Origin: Bacteroidota bacterium
GTDB lineage: Bacteria; Bacteroidota; Bacteroidia; Chitinophagales; Chitinophagaceae
Reading direction: 5' to 3'
Length of the DNA stretch: 64,000 nt
NCBI GenBank assembly: GCA_018267925.1
Contig: JAFDXO010000171.1
Coordinates: 1,084-65,083, forward strand
Shown here: positions 1 through 9,171 of the stretch, piece after piece
Position numbering within the stretch: the stretch's first letter is position 1
How the letters are laid out: each line of letters opens with the position of its first letter
Notes under the pieces: model-generated
Seen by the model: the letters and a program-made list of their open reading frames with translations, nothing else
What the model was told of the DNA's origin: nothing
Database searches by the model: none
Translations under genes and position numbers: made by a program

Positions 1-559
1 ACCAACCTAAGTTAGATGCAGCTAATCCTTCTTTTAGCTCGTATGACAACTTGTAGTATTGAATCGCCAAGTCATAATTATTTAGCCGTTTATAGCACCA
101 ACCGAGATTATTTAACGCCATTGATTTTTTATCTCCTCCTTCTTTAGCAATCGTATAGTATTTAATAGCTTTTTCTGTATTTTGGGAAAGTCCCCCTAGT
201 CCATTATCATAATAATACCCCAAATTAAAGTTACAGTCATAATTCCCCCTTGAAGCACATTCTTCAATATAAGGAAGTGCATTCTTATCAAATGCTTCGT
301 CAATTTTTAGAATGTTCCTTGCATAATAAAGACAGGTGCTATAATACCATAAAGAGGAATCATCCATTTCTTTGGGATTATTAGAAAGTATAACTTTTTC
401 CAAGCGAATTAGATTCAACTCAAAAGCAATAGTGTCATATTGTTTTTTTGCAGCCATAGCTTTATCATAATAGTGCTTGGCATAGTTGTCAATTTGACTA
501 TAGCCAAATTGCATGATTAGCAAAATAAAGCAGACAATACAAATAATCTTTTTTTTCAT
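1..559 (-). CDS. Sel1/TPR-like repeat protein with N-terminal signal peptide (partial, C-terminus outside window)
   Basis: My translation of the minus strand from ATG 559-557 gives MKKKIICIVCFILLIMQFGYSQ..., followed by repeated A..YY..G.G......KA..YY-type units. The ATG overlaps the kinase stop (ATGA at 556-559). It is absent from the ORF track because the window truncates it. Confidence 0.6.
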   Translation of the reverse strand, partial: MKKKIICIVCFILLIMQFGYSQIDNYAKHYYDKAMAAKKQYDTIAFELNLIRLEKVILSNNPKEMDDSSLWYYSTCLYYARNILKIDEAFDKNALPYIEECASRGNYDCNFNLGYYYDNGLGGLSQNTEKAIKYYTIAKEGGDKKSMALNNLGWCYKRLNNYDLAIQYYKLSYELKEGLAASNLGW

Positions 560-2394
560 GGGCAGGCTTTTAATAACTTTCTAACTTCTGAAGTGTTTTT
601 AAGTTCTTGCGCTTTTTTGAGCATATCAATATATCCTTTATCGCAAGGGTCAATTATACTATACTCATCATTAGCCAACTTGAGGAAATTTTTATAGCCT
701 TGTTCTGCACTATTAGGTACTAACTTATTGGCTTCCACATATTTTGAAAAAGCCTCGTCATATTTTTTCTTTTTTGAAAACAGATAATTACCCTCTGCTA
801 CCAAATCTGTCGCTTTTCTTTGTTTTTCTAATAGCGCATCCGTTTTTTTTTGTTTTTCTGAAATATTTTCGTTCCCATACACATACATGTATTCACTACC
901 ATCGTCTCCTGTTTTTATTACTGTGTCATAGGTTGTGCGAGGCACCGCAGACTCTGGTATTTGTTGAGGCTTAACAGCCAACTGTTTTGTTTCAATAGAA
1001 GGTATAGAGTCTACCTTTGTAATCTCATCGGCAGGCACTAAAGTATCATTCTCCACTATGTTAGTAACTACGCTTGTATCAGCAGCAAGATTCACATTTT
1101 CGCTTGTCCCGATTCCCACTATCATTCCTAAAAACAGTATTCCAGACAATATTGCAATAATTAGTATAGTACGCTTCTTGTTTTCTCCTTTTATGGGAGG
1201 TTTTCCGGAAGGCTTTTTTAAAGGTGGTACTTTTCTTGTCTTATCATCGTCTCCGGTATTTTTCTTGTCGTCAGAAACGTGAGGCGGGTTTGCAACATTA
1301 GGAAGTATATTCAGCTTTAGACGGTAAAGAGTAGGAGTAGGCAGAAAGTTCTTTTCTGTCTCTGCTATTTTTGACAAAGCCTGCCCGTATTCTTTTTTTA
1401 CAAGTAGGTCATTAATCTGTCTAATATGCTGCTGATATTCATTTTCTTTAGAGAGAGCAGTTTTAAATTCTTCTGCACTTCTAAATCGTTCATGATACAG
1501 AGGAGCTAAAGCTTTAATAAGAATAGCGTCTGTATAATCAGTAATGTTTTCATCATTAATGGTCTCAGATGGTGGTATAAGTTTTTTTCTACCCGTACTA
1601 AGTAGGCTGCTTAACGGCGGCTTATTTCCGGTAAGTATATGATACAATGTAGCTCCTACGGCATAAGTGTCAAAAGTAGCATCAAAATCTTTTAGGTTGT
1701 CTATATCGCTCTGTTCATTAGGCGCATAGTGGGGCGATTGTCCTATTACAAGTTGGCTGGTACTGCCAATGATTTTTCCGTTCTGGTCGTAGCTTTGTGC
1801 TATACCAAAATCAATCAGTACAGCGTTGTCTGTGCTACGATGAATAAGAATGTTGGTTGGCTTTATATCTAAGTGTAGCTTATTTCGTTCATGAATATGA
1901 ACAAGCGCAGAAAGGATTTGAGAGATATATTTAAAAACCTTGTCTTTCTCCAATCTTCCGGCTTTTGTTTTCTTTAATAATTCCTCCAAGCTTAGCCCAT
2001 CCACATAGTCCATTACCATGTAGGCTGTATCGTTTTCCTTAAAGATGTCACGGGTTTTTACAATATTGTCATGATTCAGAGTTTTCAGCTTTCTTCCTTC
2101 ATTAAGCTGATTCTCCACCAATTTTTCAAACTCTATTGCTCTTGATTTATTGGAGATAGCAACAAGCCCAGTTTGGGAATTTCTCTGGCAATATTCTTCA
2201 TAGTATAATTCTTTTATAACGACAAAATCAGGTTCTTTTATAGATACATATTCAGCACCCAACCCCGTGTTTTTAATAAAACCAATCTCTTCGGCAAGAT
2301 AGGTAATACCAAAGCCTCCCTTACCGATACGCTTGTTAATTCGGTAGCAATCTTGGTTTAATAATGTTCCAACAGGTAGGTCGTAATTATTCAT
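556..2394 (-). CDS. membrane-anchored Hanks-type Ser/Thr protein kinase (non-RD, HLDIKPTN) with extracytoplasmic C-terminal region
   Basis: Kinase motifs are GKGGFGITY (P-loop), VVIKEL, HLDIKPTNIL, DFG and APNE. One TM helix (ILIIAILSGILFLGMIVGIG) follows. The first ATG is at 2394; the track start at 2397 is TTG. Confidence 0.9.
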   Translation of the reverse strand: MNNYDLPVGTLLNQDCYRINKRIGKGGFGITYLAEEIGFIKNTGLGAEYVSIKEPDFVVIKELYYEEYCQRNSQTGLVAISNKSRAIEFEKLVENQLNEGRKLKTLNHDNIVKTRDIFKENDTAYMVMDYVDGLSLEELLKKTKAGRLEKDKVFKYISQILSALVHIHERNKLHLDIKPTNILIHRSTDNAVLIDFGIAQSYDQNGKIIGSTSQLVIGQSPHYAPNEQSDIDNLKDFDATFDTYAVGATLYHILTGNKPPLSSLLSTGRKKLIPPSETINDENITDYTDAILIKALAPLYHERFRSAEEFKTALSKENEYQQHIRQINDLLVKKEYGQALSKIAETEKNFLPTPTLYRLKLNILPNVANPPHVSDDKKNTGDDDKTRKVPPLKKPSGKPPIKGENKKRTILIIAILSGILFLGMIVGIGTSENVNLAADTSVVTNIVENDTLVPADEITKVDSIPSIETKQLAVKPQQIPESAVPRTTYDTVIKTGDDGSEYMYVYGNENISEKQKKTDALLEKQRKATDLVAEGNYLFSKKKKYDEAFSKYVEANKLVPNSAEQGYKNFLKLANDEYSIIDPCDKGYIDMLKKAQELKNTSEVRKLLKACP

Positions 2395-2405
2395 CAATAA
2401 TAATG

Positions 2406-3128
2406 TTACAAGCTGTTAATCCTGATAAAAATGCCTGAGTAATTATCGTAAGAGTGTTCCTCGCATTGTTTTTCAATCAAAGCTGTTATATCGCCTAATT
2501 GCTTTTCCTGAAGAAAATTTTGTTCAATAAAATCATCGCCTATTGCTTCTAAAACTCCATCGCTACAAAGCATGAAATAGTCGCCGACTTCAATATTTTC
2601 AACGAAATTTATATCTGCTTCGCTATATTCATTGTCTGCCTGTATCGCTCTTGTAATGACATTTCTTTTAGGGTGGTGTAGGGCATGTTTTTCGGTTATA
2701 AATCCGCTTGCTACCAATTCATTGACTAAGCTGTGGTCTTGTGTGCGGAAGCATATCTTTCCATCCCTTATATGGTAAACCCTGCTATCTCCGATATGCG
2801 CCACCGTTGCCGTAGCTTCGTCAAGTTTCAGGAGGGCTAAGGTGGTCGCCATTCCTTTACTTTCTGCATTCTGTTCAGAAAAAGCTTTCATTGCTATTTC
2901 CGTTTTTTTGATAGCTTCCGAAATAATACTCGCAACATCATTTTCACTATCATTCCCAAAACAGTCATTAATAGTGTTGGTAGCCAATTCGCTTGCTACC
3001 TCTCCGTTTTTATTACCACCAACACCATCGCAAACGATGAACAAACCGGCTTCGGTATTGAGCTTTATAGAATCTTCATTGTTTTGTCTTTTCCCTTGCC
3101 GCGAAAAGCATTGAGAGCTTATTTCCAT
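2406..3128 (-). CDS. PP2C-family Ser/Thr protein phosphatase
   Basis: RQNNEDS, VCDGVGG, GMATT and LCSDGV are typical PP2C metal-binding motifs. The gene lies 9 nt upstream of the kinase gene. Confidence 0.85.
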   Translation of the reverse strand: MEISSQCFSRQGKRQNNEDSIKLNTEAGLFIVCDGVGGNKNGEVASELATNTINDCFGNDSENDVASIISEAIKKTEIAMKAFSEQNAESKGMATTLALLKLDEATATVAHIGDSRVYHIRDGKICFRTQDHSLVNELVASGFITEKHALHHPKRNVITRAIQADNEYSEADINFVENIEVGDYFMLCSDGVLEAIGDDFIEQNFLQEKQLGDITALIEKQCEEHSYDNYSGIFIRINSL

Positions 3129-3152
3129 ACTAAAGAATTTGAACGTTGATTG

Positions 3153-3743
3153 TTATTTCAGGATTAATACTGTTTTTGCGTAGTTCTTCTTGGTAACTAC
3201 TTCTGTTGCTGTTGTGGCGTTAGGAATATTGCTATTTCTCTTACGAAATTCAATTTTGGTTTGTCCTGCTTGTATTATATCTCCATCTTTCAGCAACACT
3301 CCTTTATTGATTGTTCCTATATTCTCCTGCAAAGCTTGCGAGTTGAGAAAAGTATGATTAGTGCTATTGCAATCGGCAAGTTTAAAATCAAAGCTTGTTC
3401 CATTCTTGGCTACTTCAATTATAAAATGTTGCCTACTCATATACATATCCTGCGTTTCTATTATGATGTCGCAAGGGCGAGTTTGGCTTTTTCTGCCGAT
3501 AATGTGTTTGCCGGACTTTAAATCAAATGTTTGCACAGCGGCTTGTTGGTCATGCACAACCAACCAGCCCAACGGTTCTTTATCGAGAGTTTTCAGTACA
3601 AACGTTTTTTCTTCGGTATTTTCTGCCAAAGCAGGCTTAAATGTTTTATTACATTTAGTACATGTTACTTTAGGTACGCCAAACTTAAAAGCTAAATCCG
3701 GCACAGGTAGTTTCATACCACAGTTTACACAACTTACTATCAT
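3153..3743 (-). CDS. zinc-ribbon (CxxC...CxxC) plus FHA domain protein
   Basis: The N-terminus carries CVNCG...CTKCN. The C-terminal half has an FHA signature: GRKS....DIII......SRQH......F.L.D.NSTNHTFLN. Its ATG overlaps the upstream stop (ATGA at 3740-3743). Confidence 0.8.
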   Translation of the reverse strand: MIVSCVNCGMKLPVPDLAFKFGVPKVTCTKCNKTFKPALAENTEEKTFVLKTLDKEPLGWLVVHDQQAAVQTFDLKSGKHIIGRKSQTRPCDIIIETQDMYMSRQHFIIEVAKNGTSFDFKLADCNSTNHTFLNSQALQENIGTINKGVLLKDGDIIQAGQTKIEFRKRNSNIPNATTATEVVTKKNYAKTVLILK

Positions 3744-4903
3744 ACTATGTTATCATTTAAGTCAGGAAAATCATTATTCAGGGACATATTGTTATGGTTA
3801 TAATAGCTAGTAACGTCATCATTTACGTGTGTATTATGGTGGTCATCGTGAGCCGTAAAATCTATGTTGTCATTAGCGGAAAAATCGGTGTGTACATCAG
3901 AACTGTCTAAGTGTTGAAGTTGTGCAAAATCTTCTCCTGACAAGTCTGCTTCTTGTCCATCCGGTGTTTGCACATGTACAGTTCCGTCTTCATTTTGTGT
4001 CATTGTCATATCATAGTTACCGTCTCCGTCTTGGTCTATTTTCACAATATGTTCCCCATTAATTAAAAATTCTGCAACGCGGATTTTATGACCAGTACCA
4101 TCGTCCATCCATTGTTCTTGCAACATTTGTTCGCCTTCTACTGCAACATTGTCTGTTTCCCCATGATTAGTATGTACGGTAGTATCTCCACCATCAATGC
4201 TTACGATTTCAATATCTTTTGCACTTACATCATGTGGTACGGTGGTGGCGTGGTCTATAGATGCTGTATATTCCTGTTTTTGTTCGTCCGTCATTGCATC
4301 ATATTCTTCGCGGGTATAAGTATTGTACAGGTTTCCTTTCCATTCAAATGTCCCTCCGGGACCCACTTCTTCACGAGCAATTGCAAAAGCGTCTTTGAAG
4401 CTGAGGTCGTCATGTACATGCGTAGCTTGGGGAGCTTCTTCATGTACAATAACAACAGGCTTATCATGGTGTAAGTCGTTATCTGCTATATGCTCTTTTT
4501 GATGTTCCATAATATTCGCGTACACTTCCTTCTGTTCTTGTGGAGATAGCAATGCTTGTTCTTCCCGATACATCGTGTTGAATACTTTGCCATGCCAAGT
4601 AAAATATCCGGTTGCACCTGCTTCGTGTCGTGCAGTACTAAAAGCCTCATTAAAACTCATGTTGTCGGTTACTGATGTTGCATGTACGGGTTCTGCATGT
4701 ACGTCAGGCTTATGAGGAATGTTGTTGCTTGCCTCCGGTTGGGAATCATCCTTTGACATGCTCATAAAAAAGGATGAAATACCTACACCGCCTGCAATAC
4801 CTGCGGCACCTAAGCCTACCTTTGAAAGTATTTTCTTCATTGTTTCTTTTCGAATTGGTAATGTTTTGTCTTTCCCAATTACCATAGTTTTTTCGTTTGG
4901 CAT
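3740..4903 (-). CDS. single-pass membrane protein with two ~55-aa internal repeats and an acidic/His-rich tail; function unknown
   Basis: A 387-aa ORF packed tightly inside the FHA/PP2C/kinase operon. It has a TM segment (GLGAAGIAGGVGISSFFM), the duplicated motif SF.EAF..AR.E.G..G.F.W.G..YNT..REE, and a DQDGDGNYD Ca-binding-like stretch. Confidence 0.6.
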   Translation of the reverse strand: MPNEKTMVIGKDKTLPIRKETMKKILSKVGLGAAGIAGGVGISSFFMSMSKDDSQPEASNNIPHKPDVHAEPVHATSVTDNMSFNEAFSTARHEAGATGYFTWHGKVFNTMYREEQALLSPQEQKEVYANIMEHQKEHIADNDLHHDKPVVIVHEEAPQATHVHDDLSFKDAFAIAREEVGPGGTFEWKGNLYNTYTREEYDAMTDEQKQEYTASIDHATTVPHDVSAKDIEIVSIDGGDTTVHTNHGETDNVAVEGEQMLQEQWMDDGTGHKIRVAEFLINGEHIVKIDQDGDGNYDMTMTQNEDGTVHVQTPDGQEADLSGEDFAQLQHLDSSDVHTDFSANDNIDFTAHDDHHNTHVNDDVTSYYNHNNMSLNNDFPDLNDNIV

Positions 4904-4925
4904 TTTGATTGTTTTTTAAGAATGA

Positions 4926-5624
4926 TTAATGATTGTTATTGTATTTTGCTCCGCAACGGAAACATTTTCCTTGATTGTAATAGCTTTGCCACGGCACATT
5001 CCCAAGTTGAGTACGACAGGCCGTATTAGGGCATACATACATCACCCTGAATGCTTCATCCAACTGACTTAACTGTTCATTAGAATTTATATTGCCTGTT
5101 GACAGCATAGCAATCGTACTTCCCATAACTGAAAAGACTATGTATTTGCTTTGCCAAAAGGCTTTTCCTTCTGGGGGTAAATGTTTGATATAAGCAGCTT
5201 GAAGTATTTCCCAAATTATCAAAGGGGCGAGTGTAATACCCGAACGTATAAATGCTGAACGTTTTTGGGTTGTTTTCATAATGGCAATTCTATTTTTTTG
5301 ATAGTCTTCCCAAACTTCCTTTAAGTAAAGAAACTCAGTAGAGAAGTCCAAAGGATCTGCTTTACTAACAGTAACTTCTTTTCTTAACCCGAATATTTCT
5401 GCAAGGTTGAGTACCGTTGATTCAGAAAGGCGTAATTCATCTTTTAACGATATTGTTGCCTTATTGATTCTATATCCATTTACAAAAGTTCCATTGGTAG
5501 AATTAAGGTCTTCTACAAAAAACTTGTTGTCAGCTAACAGTGTTACTTTAGTGTGAAAAGAGCTAATGTCCGGTTTGTTAAATCTAACATTATTATTGTC
5601 CGCTCTACCGAAAGTCTTTGTCAT
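4926..5624 (-). CDS. FHA domain protein with hydrophobic central region and C-terminal zinc ribbon
   Basis: The N-terminal FHA signature is GR...N.V.......SSFH......FFVEDLNSTNGTFVNG. Hydrophobic stretches occupy the middle, and CPNTAC...CFRCG sits at the C-terminus. Confidence 0.8.
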   Translation of the reverse strand: MTKTFGRADNNNVRFNKPDISSFHTKVTLLADNKFFVEDLNSTNGTFVNGYRINKATISLKDELRLSESTVLNLAEIFGLRKEVTVSKADPLDFSTEFLYLKEVWEDYQKNRIAIMKTTQKRSAFIRSGITLAPLIIWEILQAAYIKHLPPEGKAFWQSKYIVFSVMGSTIAMLSTGNINSNEQLSQLDEAFRVMYVCPNTACRTQLGNVPWQSYYNQGKCFRCGAKYNNNH

Positions 5625-5641
5625 AATTTATTATGGTGAGT

Positions 5642-5649
5642 CAAAAGTA
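5642..5649 (-). promoter_or_regulatory. candidate Bacteroidota -7 promoter box (TACTTTTG on minus strand) for the FHA/PP2C/kinase operon
   Basis: Exact match to TAnnTTTG, 17 nt upstream of the ATG at 5624. Confidence 0.35.
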
Positions 5650-5690
5650 TGTGCCGTAGATACAGCCTTTTTTATCAAATTATTGTTCGT

Positions 5691-6104
5691 TTACTTTTCA
5701 GCAATACTATCCTTAATTGAATTATTATTTTGCTTTCTGCTTTGGAAGAAAATCAGCAATTCATCTTTTTTAGTCTTAGATACTTTGAGTGTTTCTCCAT
5801 CTTGCATAATTACCCAACCGTCATCTCCTCGTATGTAGCTTTTTACTTTTGTGAGATTAACAATAGTTGAGTTGTGGATTCTTAAAAAAGGTTCTTCTGC
5901 TAACTCGTCTTCATAAAACCCTAAGTTTTTGCTGGAAGTTATCTTTGTCTTGTCGTTAAGGTATAAAGTAGTGTAATTGACGTTAGCTTTAAGATAGAGT
6001 ATATCAATAGCATCAAGCAGTTCGTACCCTTCCAAAGTAGGTATAGGCAGCTTGTGCAATTTCTGTCTTTTAACGGAGATAACATCTTGGGCTAATTGTT
6101 TCAT
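5691..6104 (-). CDS. stand-alone LytTR DNA-binding domain protein
   Basis: A 137-aa ORF. It aligns by eye to the C-terminal LytTR half of the adjacent response regulator (I.YL.A..NYT.........SK.L...E........F.RIH.S..VN). It has no receiver domain. Confidence 0.7.
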   Translation of the reverse strand: MKQLAQDVISVKRQKLHKLPIPTLEGYELLDAIDILYLKANVNYTTLYLNDKTKITSSKNLGFYEDELAEEPFLRIHNSTIVNLTKVKSYIRGDDGWVIMQDGETLKVSKTKKDELLIFFQSRKQNNNSIKDSIAEK

Positions 6105-6223
6105 TGATACTTGTAATTAGGGGAAAACAGGTTAACTGCCTTGTAAATACAATATACCATTAGCCATAGCTCTTAAAGGGAAAAAGATGCTATTCTACCA
6201 AAAACGATAGCTATTTGTAAATG

Positions 6224-6970
6224 CTATCCGACTAAGTTTAGATGAGAAAGTATTTGATCTTTATATGTTCTGCCTACGTTCAGCACTTTTTCTGTATCCA
6301 GAATGAGTTTACTTGCAGAGGGAATGTACTCTTTGACGTAGTTGATGTTTACGGCAAAACTTTGGTGGTTTCTAACGATAAAAGAGGAGCTAAGGCTTTG
6401 CAGCAATTTTTCCAAAGTGATTTTCGGGGCATACATTTTGTTCGTCGTATAGATTTTGCAATAAGCGTCCGCAACTTCTACATACCGTATATCGTGCGCC
6501 AATATTCTTTTGTAAGCGTTTTTATCTTTGATAAATAACTGTCCTTGCAGGAAATAACTTTTATCTATACCATTAATAAACAAGTCATTTTCCATAGCAA
6601 AATTCTCCATTGCCGTTTCCAAAAAATGCCAAATTTGTTTAGGCAGGAAACTACCCTTTGGTAGGAAATTGGCAGGCTTGGTGCTCATTGCCGCTTTGAA
6701 ATGCTTATGTTCCGAGCCGTAAAAATCGGTAAGGTAAATAAACGGTACTCGCCTATTTTTATTGATGTACCTGGCAAACTCTATTCCGTCTTTATCGCCG
6801 TTCAACTTGATGTCAATAAAAACCAATTCGGGATTTTGTGTAGTAAATAACTGCATGGCGATTTTTACATTATCTGCTATGTCTAAGACTTCGCAACCGA
6901 ATTTTGCCAGGTCGTTTTTCAGTTCTTTGGCAAAAAGCAGATTATCTTCTACGATAAGTACCTTCAACAT
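6224..6970 (-). CDS. two-component response regulator, receiver + LytTR output domain
   Basis: The receiver starts MLKVLIVEDN with phospho-acceptor context FIDIKL. The C-terminal LytTR region includes IRYVEVADAYCKIYT...VRNHQSFAVNINYV. Confidence 0.9.
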   Translation of the reverse strand: MLKVLIVEDNLLFAKELKNDLAKFGCEVLDIADNVKIAMQLFTTQNPELVFIDIKLNGDKDGIEFARYINKNRRVPFIYLTDFYGSEHKHFKAAMSTKPANFLPKGSFLPKQIWHFLETAMENFAMENDLFINGIDKSYFLQGQLFIKDKNAYKRILAHDIRYVEVADAYCKIYTTNKMYAPKITLEKLLQSLSSSFIVRNHQSFAVNINYVKEYIPSASKLILDTEKVLNVGRTYKDQILSHLNLVG

Positions 6971-6972
6971 GG

Positions 6973-8949
6973 TTAGCGTATTTCTAAGGTTATTTCAAAA
7001 CAAGCACCATTATCATTATAGGCTTTTATTGCTCCGTGATGCTGCTTTACCAAATCATGAATAAAACTTAACCCGAATGATTGGCGGCTTGCAAGTATGT
7101 CAAAGTTTTCCGGTAGCCCCTTTCCATTGTCGTTGAAAAATATTCTCAAATGTTTCTCCGATACTTGCTCTACTGTTATATCTATTGTGCTTTCTTTTCC
7201 CGTCGTATCAAAAGCGTACTTGCCTGCATTGGTAGTAAGCTCATTGATAATAAGCCCTATACTTTTCCAATAGTTTGACTTTACTGTTAATGGTGCGTTT
7301 TTTATATGAAGTGCGATAGGAATGTTATAACTTATTTGCTTTGCTTCACACAGTTTTTCCAAATATCTTTCCAATGTAGCTGCTTCTGCACTGCTGCTTT
7401 CATATAAGAGCTTATTCAGCAGACTGAGTGTGAATAGGCGTTCCTGGTTGGCAGTTGCTTTATCCTTATAGCCTTCTTCTTCTCCCTGCCGTCCCATAAT
7501 GCTAATAAGCTGTTGAATGTTGTTACGGTTATTATGTAAGATTTCATCTTTCTGCTTTGCAATAACAGCTTTTTGTTTTCGTATTCTCACATAAGAAAAG
7601 CCTATTGTAATTAAAGCCAACGTTACAAATGAGGCTCCTCCCAAGAGCCAATAATTTTGATGTTTGCGGAGCTTTATTTCTGCTTTCTGTTTTGCTATTT
7701 GCGCCTCTTTAAGTGATGTTTCGTACTTGATTTCCTGTTGGGTAATAGCGTTTGTTTTTTCAATACTGATAGTTTCATTTTTTAAGCTGTCGTACTGTTG
7801 GTAATACTGAACTGCCTGCTTATAATTGCCCGTCTCTGTTTCCGCTTTCGCAAGCAACAAATAAGTGTTTTGCTCCTGTTCAATAAGTTCAGATTCGTGA
7901 AATAATGCGATAGCTTTCTGATAGTGGGGGATGGATTCCCTATACTTGGAGTTATTGAAAAACAGGTTGCCGATTTCATAGTAACATTCGCCAACCCTTC
8001 CGTTAGAGCCTGTTGCAGCATATAATGGTATTGCTTTATTATAGTACGCAAAAGCACTGTCATGTTGGTTTTTATCTCTAAAAATATTGGCGCGAAGTTC
8101 ATACAGAAAAGGTAATTGGGTTTTATCCTGCAAGGCTTGGTTGTGTGCTATGGCAGCATTGTACCAAAATAACGAGCTATCTAAATCGCCCTTTACAAAA
8201 TACACATGCCCTAAGTTGTACAATGCTTTCTGTTTATTCAATACGTCGTTTTCTTTTTCATAATAGCCAACCGCGAGACGCATATATTGGAGCGACTTTG
8301 GGTAATCCCCAATGAGCAAATAGGTATTGCCTAAACCGTTCAACACATTGCCTTGTCCTTTTAAATGGGGGTTGTCATCATAAAGTTTTTTCAGGTTCAA
8401 AAGGGTTTTTATGGATTCGTCATATACTCCTACCTGATTGTATGTTTCACCGAGCAGGTACTCAGTCTTAGTAGCCTGATCTTGCCTCAGATTTATATCC
8501 TGTTCCTGAGATAAATGTTTGCGTGAAAGTAGTAGTGTATCTATGGCTTTTCGAGGCTGGTCATAAATAACATAGAGTTGCCCAATATTTGTAAGCGCCT
8601 TAGCAGCGATATAGTGTAGGTTATGCTTCGCCGCTATTGTGTAAGTATTTCTAAAATAAATAAGTGCCGTATCGTAAATTCCTGCAAAGAAATATAATAC
8701 CCCTATTCTGTTGTTTGCAAAAGCAAGGTCACGGAAATTACCTGTTTTTGTAGCAATACCTACTACCTTTTGAGAGAGCACATAATCCGTATCAACATTA
8801 TCTTGCTTTAGTTGCGCCAAGGCGAGCAACGCACTTGTGTTATTAGTGTCTTTAAGCAGAACCTGTTGAATGCTGTCAAGTTTCTTTTGTTCCTGTGCGA
8901 AAAGAAAAGAAGTACACAACATGCTTATGATTAAAAAGGTCTTTTTCAT
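6973..8949 (-). CDS. TPR-repeat sensor histidine kinase (HisKA_2-type H-box + HATPase)
   Basis: A signal peptide and a long run of TPR-like repeats lead to one TM helix, an EILHNNRNNIQQL H-box, then INELTTNAGKYAF, NDNGKGLP and FGLSFIHDLV ATPase boxes. The stop is 2 nt from the response regulator start. Confidence 0.85.
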   Translation of the reverse strand: MKKTFLIISMLCTSFLFAQEQKKLDSIQQVLLKDTNNTSALLALAQLKQDNVDTDYVLSQKVVGIATKTGNFRDLAFANNRIGVLYFFAGIYDTALIYFRNTYTIAAKHNLHYIAAKALTNIGQLYVIYDQPRKAIDTLLLSRKHLSQEQDINLRQDQATKTEYLLGETYNQVGVYDESIKTLLNLKKLYDDNPHLKGQGNVLNGLGNTYLLIGDYPKSLQYMRLAVGYYEKENDVLNKQKALYNLGHVYFVKGDLDSSLFWYNAAIAHNQALQDKTQLPFLYELRANIFRDKNQHDSAFAYYNKAIPLYAATGSNGRVGECYYEIGNLFFNNSKYRESIPHYQKAIALFHESELIEQEQNTYLLLAKAETETGNYKQAVQYYQQYDSLKNETISIEKTNAITQQEIKYETSLKEAQIAKQKAEIKLRKHQNYWLLGGASFVTLALITIGFSYVRIRKQKAVIAKQKDEILHNNRNNIQQLISIMGRQGEEEGYKDKATANQERLFTLSLLNKLLYESSSAEAATLERYLEKLCEAKQISYNIPIALHIKNAPLTVKSNYWKSIGLIINELTTNAGKYAFDTTGKESTIDITVEQVSEKHLRIFFNDNGKGLPENFDILASRQSFGLSFIHDLVKQHHGAIKAYNDNGACFEITLEIR

Positions 8950-9118
8950 AAGACATCTTAATAGGAGTTGGCTCGAAAAGTAAATTCTTTTTTACAATAT
9001 TCAAATAGTGTCCTTTTTCTAACAGTGGAAAAACTATTACAAGAGGTAATTGAAAATAGAGTTTGAATTCAAGCTACAAATGCAACACTATGGAAAAGAA
9101 ATAGCACTTTTATAACTT

Positions 9119-9153
9119 AAAAAAAAGTCCCAACAATTGCTGTTGAGACTTTT
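9119..9153 (-). terminator. rho-independent terminator downstream of hppA
   Basis: A 10-bp stem (9126-9135 / 9141-9150) with one pair that is G-U only on the minus-strand RNA. A T-run follows on the minus strand (A-run 9119-9126 on plus). Confidence 0.5.
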
Positions 9154-9171
9154 GAATATTGAAAATGAAAA

